Positions 7,682 through 16,645 are shown, counted from the first letter of the stretch. The stretch is 64,000 nucleotides of DNA from an uncultured Acidobacteriaceae bacterium (GCA_963696275.1 CAVOJQ010000012.1:1001173-1065172), one strand, 5' to 3'. The notes: generated by a model from the letters alone, not told the origin. Translations and numbers: made by a program.

Positions 7682-9145
7682 CTACTCCAGATACTCGCGC
7701 CGCACGAACTCCATCGCCGCCTCGCGTGACGTGAGTCGTCCCTCCAGTTGTGCGTCTTCGACCGCGCACAGAATTTCCCTGAAGCGCGGACCCGGCTCAT
7801 AACCCGCTTCGATCAGGTCTTCGCCGGTGATCAGCGGAGCCGGGCGAATGGCTTCGGGCGGCATCGAACGCAACTGTTCTTGCGAGTATTCGTAGGCGTC
7901 GAGCTGCCCGTGGCTGGAGAGGCAGTCGATCCGGTGCAGCTCCAGATGCTCGTCGAAAGCGGGCAGGCGAAGAAATTTTTTCAGCGTGGATTGCTTCATC
8001 TGCTGCACCTGGCCGAAGCGCATGTGATGGTCAACCAGAGCAAGAATCTGATCGGTTTCGTCGTTCGAGAAGCGCAGACGTCGGCAGATTTCGGCCGCGA
8101 TTCTGACTCCCACTTCCACGTGGCCATCGAAGCGGATGCGGTCGGGAGCGACGCGGAACGTCGCCGGCTTGCCTACGTCGTGGAGCAGCGCTCCCCAGGC
8201 CAGCGTCTTCGACACTCCGGCGGGAAGTTTTTCCAGCAGCAGCAGGGTGTGCACGAAGACGTCGCCTTCAGGATGATATTGCGGCGGCTGCTCGACTCCC
8301 TTCATCGCGGCGACTTCCGGCAGAACTTCGGGCAGCAGTCTCGTCATGTCAAGCAGTTGGAAGGCGCGACGCGCTTGGCCTTCGGTGAGCATCCTGGTGA
8401 GTTCGTCGCGGACGCGCTCCGCCGACACCTGGCGAATCTCGGGCGCCAGCTTTTGCATCGCCTCGAGGGTTGCGGCATCGATCTGGTAATGGAAGCGGGC
8501 GGCGAAGCGCACCCCTCGCAACATGCGGAGTTTGTCTTCGGCGAACCGGCGGAACGGGTCTCCGATGGCGCGGATGACTTTGGCCTCCAGATCGGCTCGC
8601 CCTCCAACGAAATCGAGGACCTCGCCGGTCTCGGGATCGAGCATCATGCCGTTGATGGTGAAGTCGCGGCGCTCGACGTCTTCTTTCGGATCGTGGCTGA
8701 AGCGGACCTCGTCCGGATGACGCCCATCGGAGTACCCGACGTCGGAGCGGAAGGTCGCCACTTCGACTGTCGACTTGCCGCGCTCGGATTGTCTGCGCTC
8801 GGATTGGCTGCTCTCGGATTGTCTGCTCTCGGGTCGGCCGCTCTCGGATGGAAGCGCCGGAACCTGCCCCGGGCTCGTCGAAGGTTCGCTCGTCTCCACC
8901 CTGGATTCTGGAATCAGCACGACTCCAAACTGCTCGCCGACAGCGAAGCTTTGCGGAAAGATTTGCATGACCTGTCGCGGCGTGGCATCGGTGGCCACGT
9001 CGTAGTCGGCGGGTTCGCGGCCTAGCAACAGGTCGCGAACGCAGCCTCCGGCGAAGTACGCCTGATGCCCGTGCCGGCGCAGCGTGCGGACGATTTCGGC
9101 GGCGTGTTGTTGGGCGTTCGACAAGAAGCACTCAGCATTCAGCAT
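7682..9145 (-). CDS. cca: CCA-adding tRNA nucleotidyltransferase / poly(A) polymerase family enzyme with HD domain
   Basis: 'YFAGGCVRDLLLGREPADYDVAT' nucleotidyltransferase head, 'RDFTINGM', HD motif 'ALLHDVGKP'. It carries a low-complexity insert encoded by a 15-bp tandem repeat. Confidence 0.8.
   Translation of the reverse strand: MLNAECFLSNAQQHAAEIVRTLRRHGHQAYFAGGCVRDLLLGREPADYDVATDATPRQVMQIFPQSFAVGEQFGVVLIPESRVETSEPSTSPGQVPALPSESGRPESRQSESSQSERRQSERGKSTVEVATFRSDVGYSDGRHPDEVRFSHDPKEDVERRDFTINGMMLDPETGEVLDFVGGRADLEAKVIRAIGDPFRRFAEDKLRMLRGVRFAARFHYQIDAATLEAMQKLAPEIRQVSAERVRDELTRMLTEGQARRAFQLLDMTRLLPEVLPEVAAMKGVEQPPQYHPEGDVFVHTLLLLEKLPAGVSKTLAWGALLHDVGKPATFRVAPDRIRFDGHVEVGVRIAAEICRRLRFSNDETDQILALVDHHMRFGQVQQMKQSTLKKFLRLPAFDEHLELHRIDCLSSHGQLDAYEYSQEQLRSMPPEAIRPAPLITGEDLIEAGYEPGPRFREILCAVEDAQLEGRLTSREAAMEFVRREYLE
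8780..8854 (-). repeat. 15-bp x5 in-frame tandem repeat inside cca
   Basis: Plus-strand units GCGCTCGGATTGTCT / GCGCTCGGATTGGCT / GCTCTCGGATTGTCT / GCTCTCGGGTCGGCC / GCTCTCGGATGGAAG. They encode 'SESGRPESRQSESSQSERRQSERGK'. Confidence 0.85.
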
Positions 9146-9202
9146 TCAGTCATAGCAACCGCGAATGCTGGAGGTCGAATCAGATCGTCTAAACTGGAAC
9201 AT

Positions 9203-9260
9203 CAGAGCTAGAAGCCAACAGCTAAGAGCGAAGAGCTAATAGCTAACAGCCAAGAGCCAA
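9203..9260. repeat. degenerate approximately 14-bp x4 repeat in the cca/tsaD divergent intergenic region
   Basis: 'CAGAGCTAGAAGCCAA / CAGCTAAGAGCGAA / GAGCTAATAGCTAA / CAGCCAAGAGCCAA'. Confidence 0.6.
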
Positions 9261-9262
9261 TT

Positions 9263-10441
9263 ATGCCTGACGCTACCATCCTCGGCATTGAAACCTCCTG
9301 TGATGAGACGGGCGCGGCGGTCGTGCGCTCGGGGGAGCAAATCCTGTCGAACGTCGTGGCCTCGCAGATTGCCACTCATCGGCCGTATGGCGGAGTGGTT
9401 CCGGAGCTCGCTTCACGCGAGCATCTGCGGGCGATCGTCCCCGTCGTGCGCCAGGCTCTGGCCGAAGCGGGTCAGAGTTATCAGTCGGTCGATGCCATTG
9501 CCGTGACGCAAGGGCCGGGCTTGGCGGGAGCTCTCCTCGTGGGCATCAGTTTCGCCAAGGCATTGGCATTCGCACTCGATAAGCCGCTGCTGGCGGTGAA
9601 CCATCTCGAGGGACACATTCACGCCGTGCTGCTGCAGCAGCGGCAAAGCGAGAACCGCGAGCTGCAGTTCCCGGTGCTGGCGCTGGTAGTGTCGGGCGGG
9701 CATACGCATCTTTATCTTGCGCAGCAGCACGATCATCTCTGGACTTACCGCAATATCGGGCACACTCGCGATGACGCGGCGGGAGAGGCATTCGATAAAG
9801 TCGCCAAGCTGCTGGGACTCGGCTATCCGGGAGGACCAATCCTTGATCGATTGGCGCCGCATGGAGATGCGAGCGCCGTGAAGTTTCAAGCTTCGCAGAT
9901 CAAGCATCGCGACCGCCGCGATTCTAAGCTCGGCCAGTCTCAACCGCAGCCTGGGGACGATCATCCTCTGGACGATCGCCCGCAGTTTGATTTTTCCTAC
10001 AGCGGAATCAAGACCGCGGTTTTGCGCTATGTCGAGACGCACAACCTCAAACCTGCAATCGAAGCTCGCCGGCTTGCGCTTGCCGCGGTTGCGCAACCGT
10101 CCCTCGAGGAGGTTCGCCGGCTGTGCGACCGGCAGACGCTCGATCTGGTGGCCTCTTTTCAACGCTCGATGGTGAACGATCTGGTGACCAAGACCCTGGC
10201 GGCGGCGCGGGAGTACGAGGTTCAGACCCTGTTTGTCAGCGGCGGCGTGGCGGCCAACCACGAGTTGCGGAGCACCTTTGAACGCGAGGCGGGAATGCAG
10301 GGACTGCCCGTATTCTTTCCATCGCGCGCGCTTTCCACGGACAACGCGGCGATGATTGCGGCGGCGGCGTTTCCGAAATTTCTGCGAGGCGAATTTGTGG
10401 GCATGGATTTTTCGGCCGAGGCCGGTATGGCCCTGCGCTGA
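9263..10441 (+). CDS. tsaD: tRNA N6-adenosine threonylcarbamoyltransferase
   Basis: 'ILGIETSCDETGAAVV', 'NHLEGHIH', 'VVSGGHTHLY', 'GEAFDKVAKLLGLGYPGGP', 'FVSGGVAAN'. It has a roughly 30-aa hydrophilic insert before 'FDFSYSGIKTAV'. Confidence 0.9.
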   Translation: MPDATILGIETSCDETGAAVVRSGEQILSNVVASQIATHRPYGGVVPELASREHLRAIVPVVRQALAEAGQSYQSVDAIAVTQGPGLAGALLVGISFAKALAFALDKPLLAVNHLEGHIHAVLLQQRQSENRELQFPVLALVVSGGHTHLYLAQQHDHLWTYRNIGHTRDDAAGEAFDKVAKLLGLGYPGGPILDRLAPHGDASAVKFQASQIKHRDRRDSKLGQSQPQPGDDHPLDDRPQFDFSYSGIKTAVLRYVETHNLKPAIEARRLALAAVAQPSLEEVRRLCDRQTLDLVASFQRSMVNDLVTKTLAAAREYEVQTLFVSGGVAANHELRSTFEREAGMQGLPVFFPSRALSTDNAAMIAAAAFPKFLRGEFVGMDFSAEAGMALR

Positions 10442-10499
10442 CAACAAGGCAAAGGCTTTAACACGGATGCAGGGCGACACGGGATAGACGCACCTTGGC

Positions 10500-10529
10500 G
10501 ACGCATATCTTAGAGACGCATATCTTAGC
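10500..10529. repeat. 15-bp x2 tandem duplication upstream of the response-regulator gene
   Basis: 'GACGCATATCTTAG A GACGCATATCTTAG C', then 'GATGCA'. Confidence 0.85.
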
Positions 10530-10590
10530 GATGCACCAAGCGGCTCTTCCCTCCGACACGTTTATCGAATCTACACACTTCCCAGCTACA

Positions 10591-11292
10591 ATGGTTCGCG
10601 TGAAACCGACTATCTACGTAGTGGAAGACGACCCGGATATTTCGCGACTGGTGCGCCATCACCTGGAAGGCGCCAGCTTCAACGTGCGCCTCTATTCCAC
10701 CGGGAATCTGGTGGTTGTGGACGCCGAAAGGCAGCGTCCGGCGCTGTTTCTGCTCGACATCATGGTTCCGGGAAAAGATGGACTCGAACTTTGCCGCCAA
10801 ATCCGGCAATCGGTGGCGCTGGCCTCGGTGCCGGTAATTTTTTTGACCGCGAAGAGCGGTGAAGCGGATCGCGTGCTGGGGCTGGAGTTGGGAGCCGACG
10901 ATTACATTCCCAAGCCTTTCAGCCCACGCGAACTGGTGGCGCGCGTGAAAGCGGTGCTGCGCCGGTTTGAGCGTCCGCTGCCGCCAGTGCCGACCAGGAT
11001 TGAAGAGATTCATATCGATCCCAGTGCGATGACTCTGACCGTCCGGGGGAAACAGGTCCCGACAACCGCGACGGAATTCCGGTTGCTCGATTACTTCATG
11101 CGGCATGCCGGACGTGTCTTCACCCGCGACCAGTTGCTCGATTCGGTGTGGCGCGATACGGCGTACGTCACGCCGCGCTCGGTGGATGTTTACGTGCGGC
11201 GCATCCGGGAGAAGATTGAGCCCGATCCCGAGAACCCGCGCTACCTCAAGACGGTGCGCGGCGCGGGCTACCGTTTCGAGGTCGCGCGTTGA
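10591..11292 (+). CDS. OmpR/PhoB-family response regulator
   Basis: Receiver 'IYVVEDDPDISRL ... LLDIMVPGKDGLELC ... DDYIPKPFSPRELVARV' and winged helix 'TATEFRLLDYFMRHAGRVFTRDQLL ... YLKTVRGAGYRF'. Start chosen at the Met just before the receiver domain. Confidence 0.85.
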   Translation: MVRVKPTIYVVEDDPDISRLVRHHLEGASFNVRLYSTGNLVVVDAERQRPALFLLDIMVPGKDGLELCRQIRQSVALASVPVIFLTAKSGEADRVLGLELGADDYIPKPFSPRELVARVKAVLRRFERPLPPVPTRIEEIHIDPSAMTLTVRGKQVPTTATEFRLLDYFMRHAGRVFTRDQLLDSVWRDTAYVTPRSVDVYVRRIREKIEPDPENPRYLKTVRGAGYRFEVAR

Positions 11293-13016
11293 GAAGCCGC
11301 ATCTTCGTTAAATTGATGTTTGTGTTTCTGCTCGTGATCGGGGTCACGGCGATCACGTTGCAGTGGACCGTCCACCGCGTCTGGGAGCGCACCCTGCGGG
11401 AGCAGATCGAGCGCAATCTCAAGCAGAAAACCCTGCTGTTCGCCAACCGGGTGGAGAGCGACCGGCAGCATTCCCTGGCCGACATCGTCTCGCAGGAAGG
11501 CCAGGCGGCGGGCGCGCGCGCCACCGTCATCGATCCCACGGGCAAGGTGCTGGCCGATTCCGAAGCCGATCCCGGCTCGATGGAGAATCAAGCGCAGCGC
11601 AAGGAGTTTGCCGCCGCTCTCGCCGGCCGCGCCGGCATCGACGAACGCAAGAGTCTAACCGTCGGCATTCCTTTTGTGTACGTCGCGGCTCCGATTTCGG
11701 GAGGTGCGGTACGACTCGCGTACCCGCTGCCCGAGATCGAAACCACCGATCGCCCGCTGTCCGTGGCCCTGTTCTGGGGGTCGCTCGCCGCATTTGTTTT
11801 CTCGATGGTGGTCGCGGCAATTGCTTCGCAATATGTCGGACGGCGCTTGCAGCGCATCGTGCGTTTTGCCGAACGCGTGGCCAGTGGAGACCTGACGGCG
11901 AGAATCGCCTCCACTTCGACCGACGAGATTGGGCAGGTGGCGGCAGCCCTGGATAAAACCACGCGCCGGGTGGAAGAGAGTTATGCCCGGGTGCAAACCA
12001 GCCAGCACGAGCTGGAAACCCTGCTCAACAGCATGCAGGACGCGGTGGTTGCGGTCGATGCCGACGGGCGCATCCTGTGGGCCAACCGCAGCATGGATCG
12101 CCTGCTGCTGCGCGCGCCGCGCTTGAATGCGCCTTTGATCGACAGCGTGCGCGACCCGGAGTTTCTCGCGGCAATCCAGGAAGCCGCGCGCGAGCAGGTG
12201 GTCCGATCGGCGCGCTCCAGCACCATTATTTCCGGCCGCACGTTCGATGTAACCGCCGCGCCCATGCCGGGCCGCGGTGCGGTCGCCGTGCTCCGCGACC
12301 TCACCGAGACCGAGCGCATGGAAAAGAGTCGCCGCGATTTCATCGCCAACGTCTCCCACGAACTGCGTACGCCGCTGACCTCCATTCAGGGATATACGGA
12401 AACCCTGCTCGACAGTCCCATCGCCGACAATCACGTGCGCGAGTTCCTGGAAATCATCCGCAAAAATTCGTCTCGCATGTCGCGGCTCACGGAAGACCTG
12501 CTGACCCTGGCCCGGGTCGAATCAGGGGAGCAGCGTTTCAGCATGCAACCCGTCCATGTCGAAGAGCTTCTCGAAGACGCGCTGGAAAGTTTTCGCGAAA
12601 TGGCGCGTTCCTATGGAGTCGAGCTGGTGGTGGAGAACTCGGCGGCGAACGCCAGTGTGAATGCGGATCGCGAAGCCATCCATCAGATTTTTTCCAATCT
12701 CATCGAAAATGCGATGAAATATGCCGCTTCAGGCAAGAAACTCATTCTGGGCGCGCGGGCTTTGGAAGGCGGCGTGGAATTTTATGTTCGGGATTTTGGC
12801 CCGGGCATTTCTTCCGAGCATTTGCCCAGGCTGTTCGAACGTTTCTATCGTGTCGACAAGGCCCGCTCGCGCGAGTCGGGCGGGACGGGGCTGGGGCTCG
12901 CCATCGCCAAGCATATCGTTTTCGCCCACGGCGGAACGATCCGGGCGGAGAGTGAGCTGAATCATGGCTCAACCTTCTTGTTCATTCTGCGGGCTTCCGA
13001 GCCGGACGCTGCGTAG
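11289..13016 (+). CDS. sensor histidine kinase (TM-HAMP-PAS-HisKA-HATPase, PhoR-like)
   Basis: TTG start overlaps the regulator stop by 4 nt. H-box 'FIANVSHELRTPLTSIQGY', N-box 'NLIENAMKYA', 'VRDFGPGI', 'GGTGLGLAIAKHIV'. Confidence 0.85.
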   Translation: MRSRIFVKLMFVFLLVIGVTAITLQWTVHRVWERTLREQIERNLKQKTLLFANRVESDRQHSLADIVSQEGQAAGARATVIDPTGKVLADSEADPGSMENQAQRKEFAAALAGRAGIDERKSLTVGIPFVYVAAPISGGAVRLAYPLPEIETTDRPLSVALFWGSLAAFVFSMVVAAIASQYVGRRLQRIVRFAERVASGDLTARIASTSTDEIGQVAAALDKTTRRVEESYARVQTSQHELETLLNSMQDAVVAVDADGRILWANRSMDRLLLRAPRLNAPLIDSVRDPEFLAAIQEAAREQVVRSARSSTIISGRTFDVTAAPMPGRGAVAVLRDLTETERMEKSRRDFIANVSHELRTPLTSIQGYTETLLDSPIADNHVREFLEIIRKNSSRMSRLTEDLLTLARVESGEQRFSMQPVHVEELLEDALESFREMARSYGVELVVENSAANASVNADREAIHQIFSNLIENAMKYAASGKKLILGARALEGGVEFYVRDFGPGISSEHLPRLFERFYRVDKARSRESGGTGLGLAIAKHIVFAHGGTIRAESELNHGSTFLFILRASEPDAA

Positions 13017-13019
13017 AGC

Positions 13020-13412
13020 TCACACCGTGGCCGCATCAGCCCGGCGCCCGGCAAGCAGCAGGCCGATCCAGCAGCTCACCGGCCAGGTGAGCAGCCAGGA
13101 CAACCAGTACCAGTGCGGCCAGCCCTTATTCCAGTTGGGAATCGTCGCGGCGATGCCCATCGCTTCCCCCACGATAAAGAACCAGAGCACATGGCGCCCG
13201 GCGCGGCCGGGAGCAAAGCGCCCGCAGAGCCAGGCACAGAGAATCGAGACGATGACAAAGAGCGCCGTGCTCGTCATGAGAGCCGCGTCAGAAGGCACAC
13301 GGCCTTTGTCGAAATCGCCGGGGAATAGATGCGAAAGCAACGGGTCCGTTGCCAGGACAAGAACGATCGAGAGCAGGTAGCTGCCGACGACGACGGCGAT
13401 GGATTTGAGCAT
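13020..13412 (-). CDS. hypothetical membrane protein
   Basis: ATG 13412 is preceded by GGAGG (reverse complement of 13421-13430). Four hydrophobic helices. No family recognised. Confidence 0.5.
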   Translation of the reverse strand: MLKSIAVVVGSYLLSIVLVLATDPLLSHLFPGDFDKGRVPSDAALMTSTALFVIVSILCAWLCGRFAPGRAGRHVLWFFIVGEAMGIAATIPNWNKGWPHWYWLSWLLTWPVSCWIGLLLAGRRADAATV

Positions 13413-13665
13413 CGGTGAATACCTCCTGGCAGGACATAAAATGTACAACATAAAACCTACGACAGGAAACCCATTTTCTGAATTCTAGGACCCCGGGGCA
13501 GATGAAGTAGATGAATCTGACCCGCCGGAACCCGGCGGCAGGGACTAGCATTTTTGCCAGTTGCCGGGCTGTCGTGACGCTCTTAGTTTCGACTATTAAC
13601 CCGAGTGTGTCATTTTCAATCTTCACCCGAAAGCAGCTCGCGAGGGCGTGCCCGGCAATGGAAAA

Positions 13666-14607
13666 ATGCGCCTTTTCTGCAAGATCGCGCTGTCGTTTGC
13701 CCTCGCAATAGTTGCGCTGCGGGTGGCTGGCGGACAGGACCTGGCTCCCCGCGCCTATGTCATCACGCCTCTGCATGCCAATGCCGTTACTCTGACCTGG
13801 TCTTTCTACGACGGCAGCATTGACTATAACGGCGTTCTGCCGGCGACGGGCGCAACCGGAACGTACAGCGTATCGGTCATCAGCTACTACCACTCGTTTA
13901 ACTTTTTTGGGCGCTCGGCCAATGTCGTGGCCGCATTGCCTTATGCCGACGGAACCTTCCAGGGGACGGTCGCGGGGGCAGAGCAGCATCTCTACCGCTC
14001 CGGTCTGTTGGATTCGTCGTTTCGTGTTTCGGTTAACCTGCACGGCGGTCCGGCGATGCCGGCTAAAGAGTTCACAAAATGGAAGCAGAAAGTATTGCTC
14101 GGCGCGAGTCTCAAGGTGGCGGCTCCTACCGGCCAGTACGATCCGACGAAGTTGATTAATTGGGGGACGAACCGCTGGTCGTTCAAACCGGAATTCGGCT
14201 ATTCCGAACGCTGGAAGAATTGGGTGGTCGATGGCTACGCCGGAGTCTGGTTCTTCACCACGAATCAGGATTTCTGGTCGCGGAACATGTACTATCCGGG
14301 CACGAGGTCGCAAACCCAAAATCCGATCGGGTCGCTGGAAGCGCATCTGAGCTACGACTTCAAGCCTCGGTTGTGGGTTTCGCTCGACGGTAATTACTGG
14401 TTCGGTGGCTCCACCAGCATCGATGGCGTGGGAAATCCATTGACACGCGAGGTGAACTCCCGGCTGGGAGGCACGGCCGCCATCCCCATCACCAGGCACC
14501 AGTCTCTGAAATTCAGCTATAACAATGGAATTCACATCCAGTTTGGAGGAAATTACCAGAACGTTTCGGTCGCATGGCAATATTCGTGGTCGGGAAAGCC
14601 GAAATAG
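13666..14607 (+). CDS. outer-membrane beta-barrel transporter-like protein (MetA-pathway/phenol-degradation-like family impression)
   Basis: Signal peptide 'MRLFCKIALSFALAIVALRVAGGQD', alternating beta-strand-like pattern, aromatic-rich C-terminus 'VSVAWQYSWSGKPK'. Family assignment is from memory only. Confidence 0.6.
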   Translation: MRLFCKIALSFALAIVALRVAGGQDLAPRAYVITPLHANAVTLTWSFYDGSIDYNGVLPATGATGTYSVSVISYYHSFNFFGRSANVVAALPYADGTFQGTVAGAEQHLYRSGLLDSSFRVSVNLHGGPAMPAKEFTKWKQKVLLGASLKVAAPTGQYDPTKLINWGTNRWSFKPEFGYSERWKNWVVDGYAGVWFFTTNQDFWSRNMYYPGTRSQTQNPIGSLEAHLSYDFKPRLWVSLDGNYWFGGSTSIDGVGNPLTREVNSRLGGTAAIPITRHQSLKFSYNNGIHIQFGGNYQNVSVAWQYSWSGKPK

Positions 14608-14686
14608 GGAGTCAGGTTCGCGGAACCGTCCTGCCGGGGAATACAGGTATTACATTCAAGGAATTCAGGTTTTGCGATAGGATTAG

Positions 14687-14712
14687 TCCGCATCCGTAAT
14701 CCGCATCCGTAA
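14687..14712. repeat. perfect 13-bp x2 tandem duplication abutting the hdeD SD
   Basis: 'TCCGCATCCGTAA TCCGCATCCGTAA', followed directly by GAGGAGG. Confidence 0.9.
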
Positions 14713-14723
14713 GAGGAGGTCTC

Positions 14724-15281
14724 ATGGCACCGAGTAGTCCGGCCGAGGTTGTGCGTAAAGCTTCGACGTTGTCGATCGTCTGGGGCGTTTTGCTGATTAT
14801 CTTTGGCATGGTCGCGGTGGGTTCGCCGTTCCTGACCGCGGTTGCGGTGAGCGTGGTCGTGGCATGGCTCATCATTCTGGCGGGCGTGGTGCATGTGATG
14901 CTCGCCTTTCGCGCGCATGAAGCGGGCAGCAAGATCTGGAAGCTGCTGGTCGGGCTCGCTTACGTCTGCTTCGGCGGATACATGATCTGGCATCCAGTGC
15001 TGGGCGTGGCCTCGCTTACCCTGTTGCTGGCGGGACTCTTTCTGATCGAAGGCATCCTGGATATTATTCTATTTTTCAAGATGCGTTCCGGCGGAGGGTC
15101 CAGCTGGGTGCTGCTCGACGGGATCGTCACCCTGCTGCTGGGACTGATGATCTACCTGCAATGGCCTTCGAGTACCCTCTGGGCTATCGGCGTTCTGGTG
15201 GGCGTGAGCATGATCTTCAGCGGCATCAGCCGGGTGATGCTGTCGTTGACCTTGCGCAAGACTGCGGTTGCGGCCGCATGA
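14724..15281 (+). CDS. HdeD/DUF308-family membrane protein
   Basis: GAGGAGG SD at 14713-14719. Repeated DUF308-type TM pairs: 'WGVLLIIFGMVAVGSP', 'WLIILAGVVHVMLAF', 'GLFLIEGILDIILFF', 'IGVLVGVSMIFSGISRV'. Confidence 0.75.
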   Translation: MAPSSPAEVVRKASTLSIVWGVLLIIFGMVAVGSPFLTAVAVSVVVAWLIILAGVVHVMLAFRAHEAGSKIWKLLVGLAYVCFGGYMIWHPVLGVASLTLLLAGLFLIEGILDIILFFKMRSGGGSSWVLLDGIVTLLLGLMIYLQWPSSTLWAIGVLVGVSMIFSGISRVMLSLTLRKTAVAAA

Positions 15282-15617
15282 TTACTTCCTGAGTTCGCTT
15301 TCCCAGTTCGCGTAAAGGGTGATCGGTTCGAGGCTCTGCTCGGGGCGGGTGTTGATGATGAACCGCTGACCGTCCGCGGTCGCATCGAACTGCCGGTAGG
15401 AGTGATGGGGCCGCGTAATGGAAGAGATGGTGCGGGCTTCGCGCTCGAAGCGCTGAATGGCGTCGGGATTGGAAGAAAGATGGTCGGGGAGAATCTTGAC
15501 AGCGACGGTGCGGTCGAGCCGGGTGTCCTTTGCGCGATAGACTTCGCCCATGCCGCCGGCTCCGAGCGGCGATTGAATTTCATAGGGACCGAGTTTCGTG
15601 CCCGCAGTGAGTGCCAT
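15282..15617 (-). pseudogene. remnant of a Ser/Thr protein kinase gene (N-lobe fused in frame to a C-terminal tail)
   Basis: 'YEIQSPLGAGGMGEVYRAKDTRLDRTVAVKIL' (Gly-loop plus VAVK lysine) and 'RFEREARTIS' are followed directly by 'DGQRFIINTRPEQS..PITLYANWESELRK'. That tail resembles the extreme C-terminus of kinase/beta-propeller proteins. The catalytic loop, DFG and APE motifs are absent. Confidence 0.6.
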
Positions 15618-15774
15618 AGTTGCGCCCGATTCAGGCGCGCGCGATTATAGCTTGCGGCGGGCAGTGGGAGGGATGGCAATTTCACTGGATATGGCCTAAC
15701 CCGGCTGCTGCGCGCTATGCGGTTTTTGTTTCGCGACAGCAAATTCACCGGGATGTAACCTGCATGCCATCCCC

Positions 15775-16629
15775 GTGAATTATGATTTTATGGGGACGAT
15801 GGAACACCCTTTGGAGTACCCAGCTGCATCCACTTTAGGCGGAAAGCATCCAAACCATCAGCCTTCAAAACGAGCCGAGGCAGGCAGGGCAGAATCAGTT
15901 ATGGGCACAGCTAGCGCCAAGACATTTCCGCCGGAACCTTCCCATCACGAACTGGTGCGGCGCACGATTGAAGCGTGCGAACTGGCGCGCCAGGCCGCGG
16001 CGATTGCGGCGGAGGGTGTGGCCACCGGTTCGATGTCGCGCTTGAAAGATATTCAGCAATGCGAAAAAGAACTTGACGCCATCGATCTGGAAGTGGACTC
16101 GGGTGTGACTTCGACCATCACGCGTGTGCCGGAGGGCGAGACCCGCCTTCTGCTCGCCTGCATGAAGCTGATGATCGGACTGGAGCGCATCGGCGACCTG
16201 CTGTTAAGCTTTGCCACCAGCGCGCAGGCTGCCAGCGGGCACCTCGATTCCCAGGATGCGCGCGACCTGACGCAGATGGCTACGGTGCTGGAAAAAATGC
16301 TGGCCGACGTCGGGCAGTCTTTTTCCCAGCACGATGTCAAGAAAGCGATCGAAGTGCTGCGTGCCGACGCCGAGATGGACCGGCTTCGCAATCTTATTTT
16401 CCTGCGACATATCGAGAATCCGGAGAATGTCGCGCACCACTCCAGCCTGCAAGTGATCTTCATGACCCAATCGCTGGAGCGCGCCGGCGATCATGCCAAG
16501 AATCTGGCGGAAGAGGTTTGCCACTTCGTCAGCGGACGCAGCATCCGGCATTTGCTCATGGCCTATGACAAGCCTAAAGAGCAGATGTTTATCGAGTGGC
16601 TGCGGCATAAAGAAGAAAAAGACCATTAA
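15775..16629 (+). CDS. phoU: PhoU-family phosphate signalling protein (start uncertain; ATG 15901 is an alternative)
   Basis: Two PhoU repeats: 'ELDAIDLEVDS ... LMIGLERIGDLLLSF' and 'DAEMDRLRNLIF ... QSLERAGDHAKNLAEEVCHFVSG'. Confidence 0.7.
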   Translation: MNYDFMGTMEHPLEYPAASTLGGKHPNHQPSKRAEAGRAESVMGTASAKTFPPEPSHHELVRRTIEACELARQAAAIAAEGVATGSMSRLKDIQQCEKELDAIDLEVDSGVTSTITRVPEGETRLLLACMKLMIGLERIGDLLLSFATSAQAASGHLDSQDARDLTQMATVLEKMLADVGQSFSQHDVKKAIEVLRADAEMDRLRNLIFLRHIENPENVAHHSSLQVIFMTQSLERAGDHAKNLAEEVCHFVSGRSIRHLLMAYDKPKEQMFIEWLRHKEEKDH

Positions 16630-16645
16630 GCCCGTTTTGCCACCA

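Noticed and set aside
10500-10529. Calling the 15-bp duplication a Pho box.
   Set aside because: The sequence and the 15-bp period do not match the CTGTCAT-N4 (11-bp period) Pho box. It is kept only as a generic direct-repeat site candidate.
13288-14580. 430-aa minus-strand ORF.
   Set aside because: It is antisense to the outer-membrane beta-barrel gene, which has a signal peptide and coherent beta-strand pattern. This ORF has neither.
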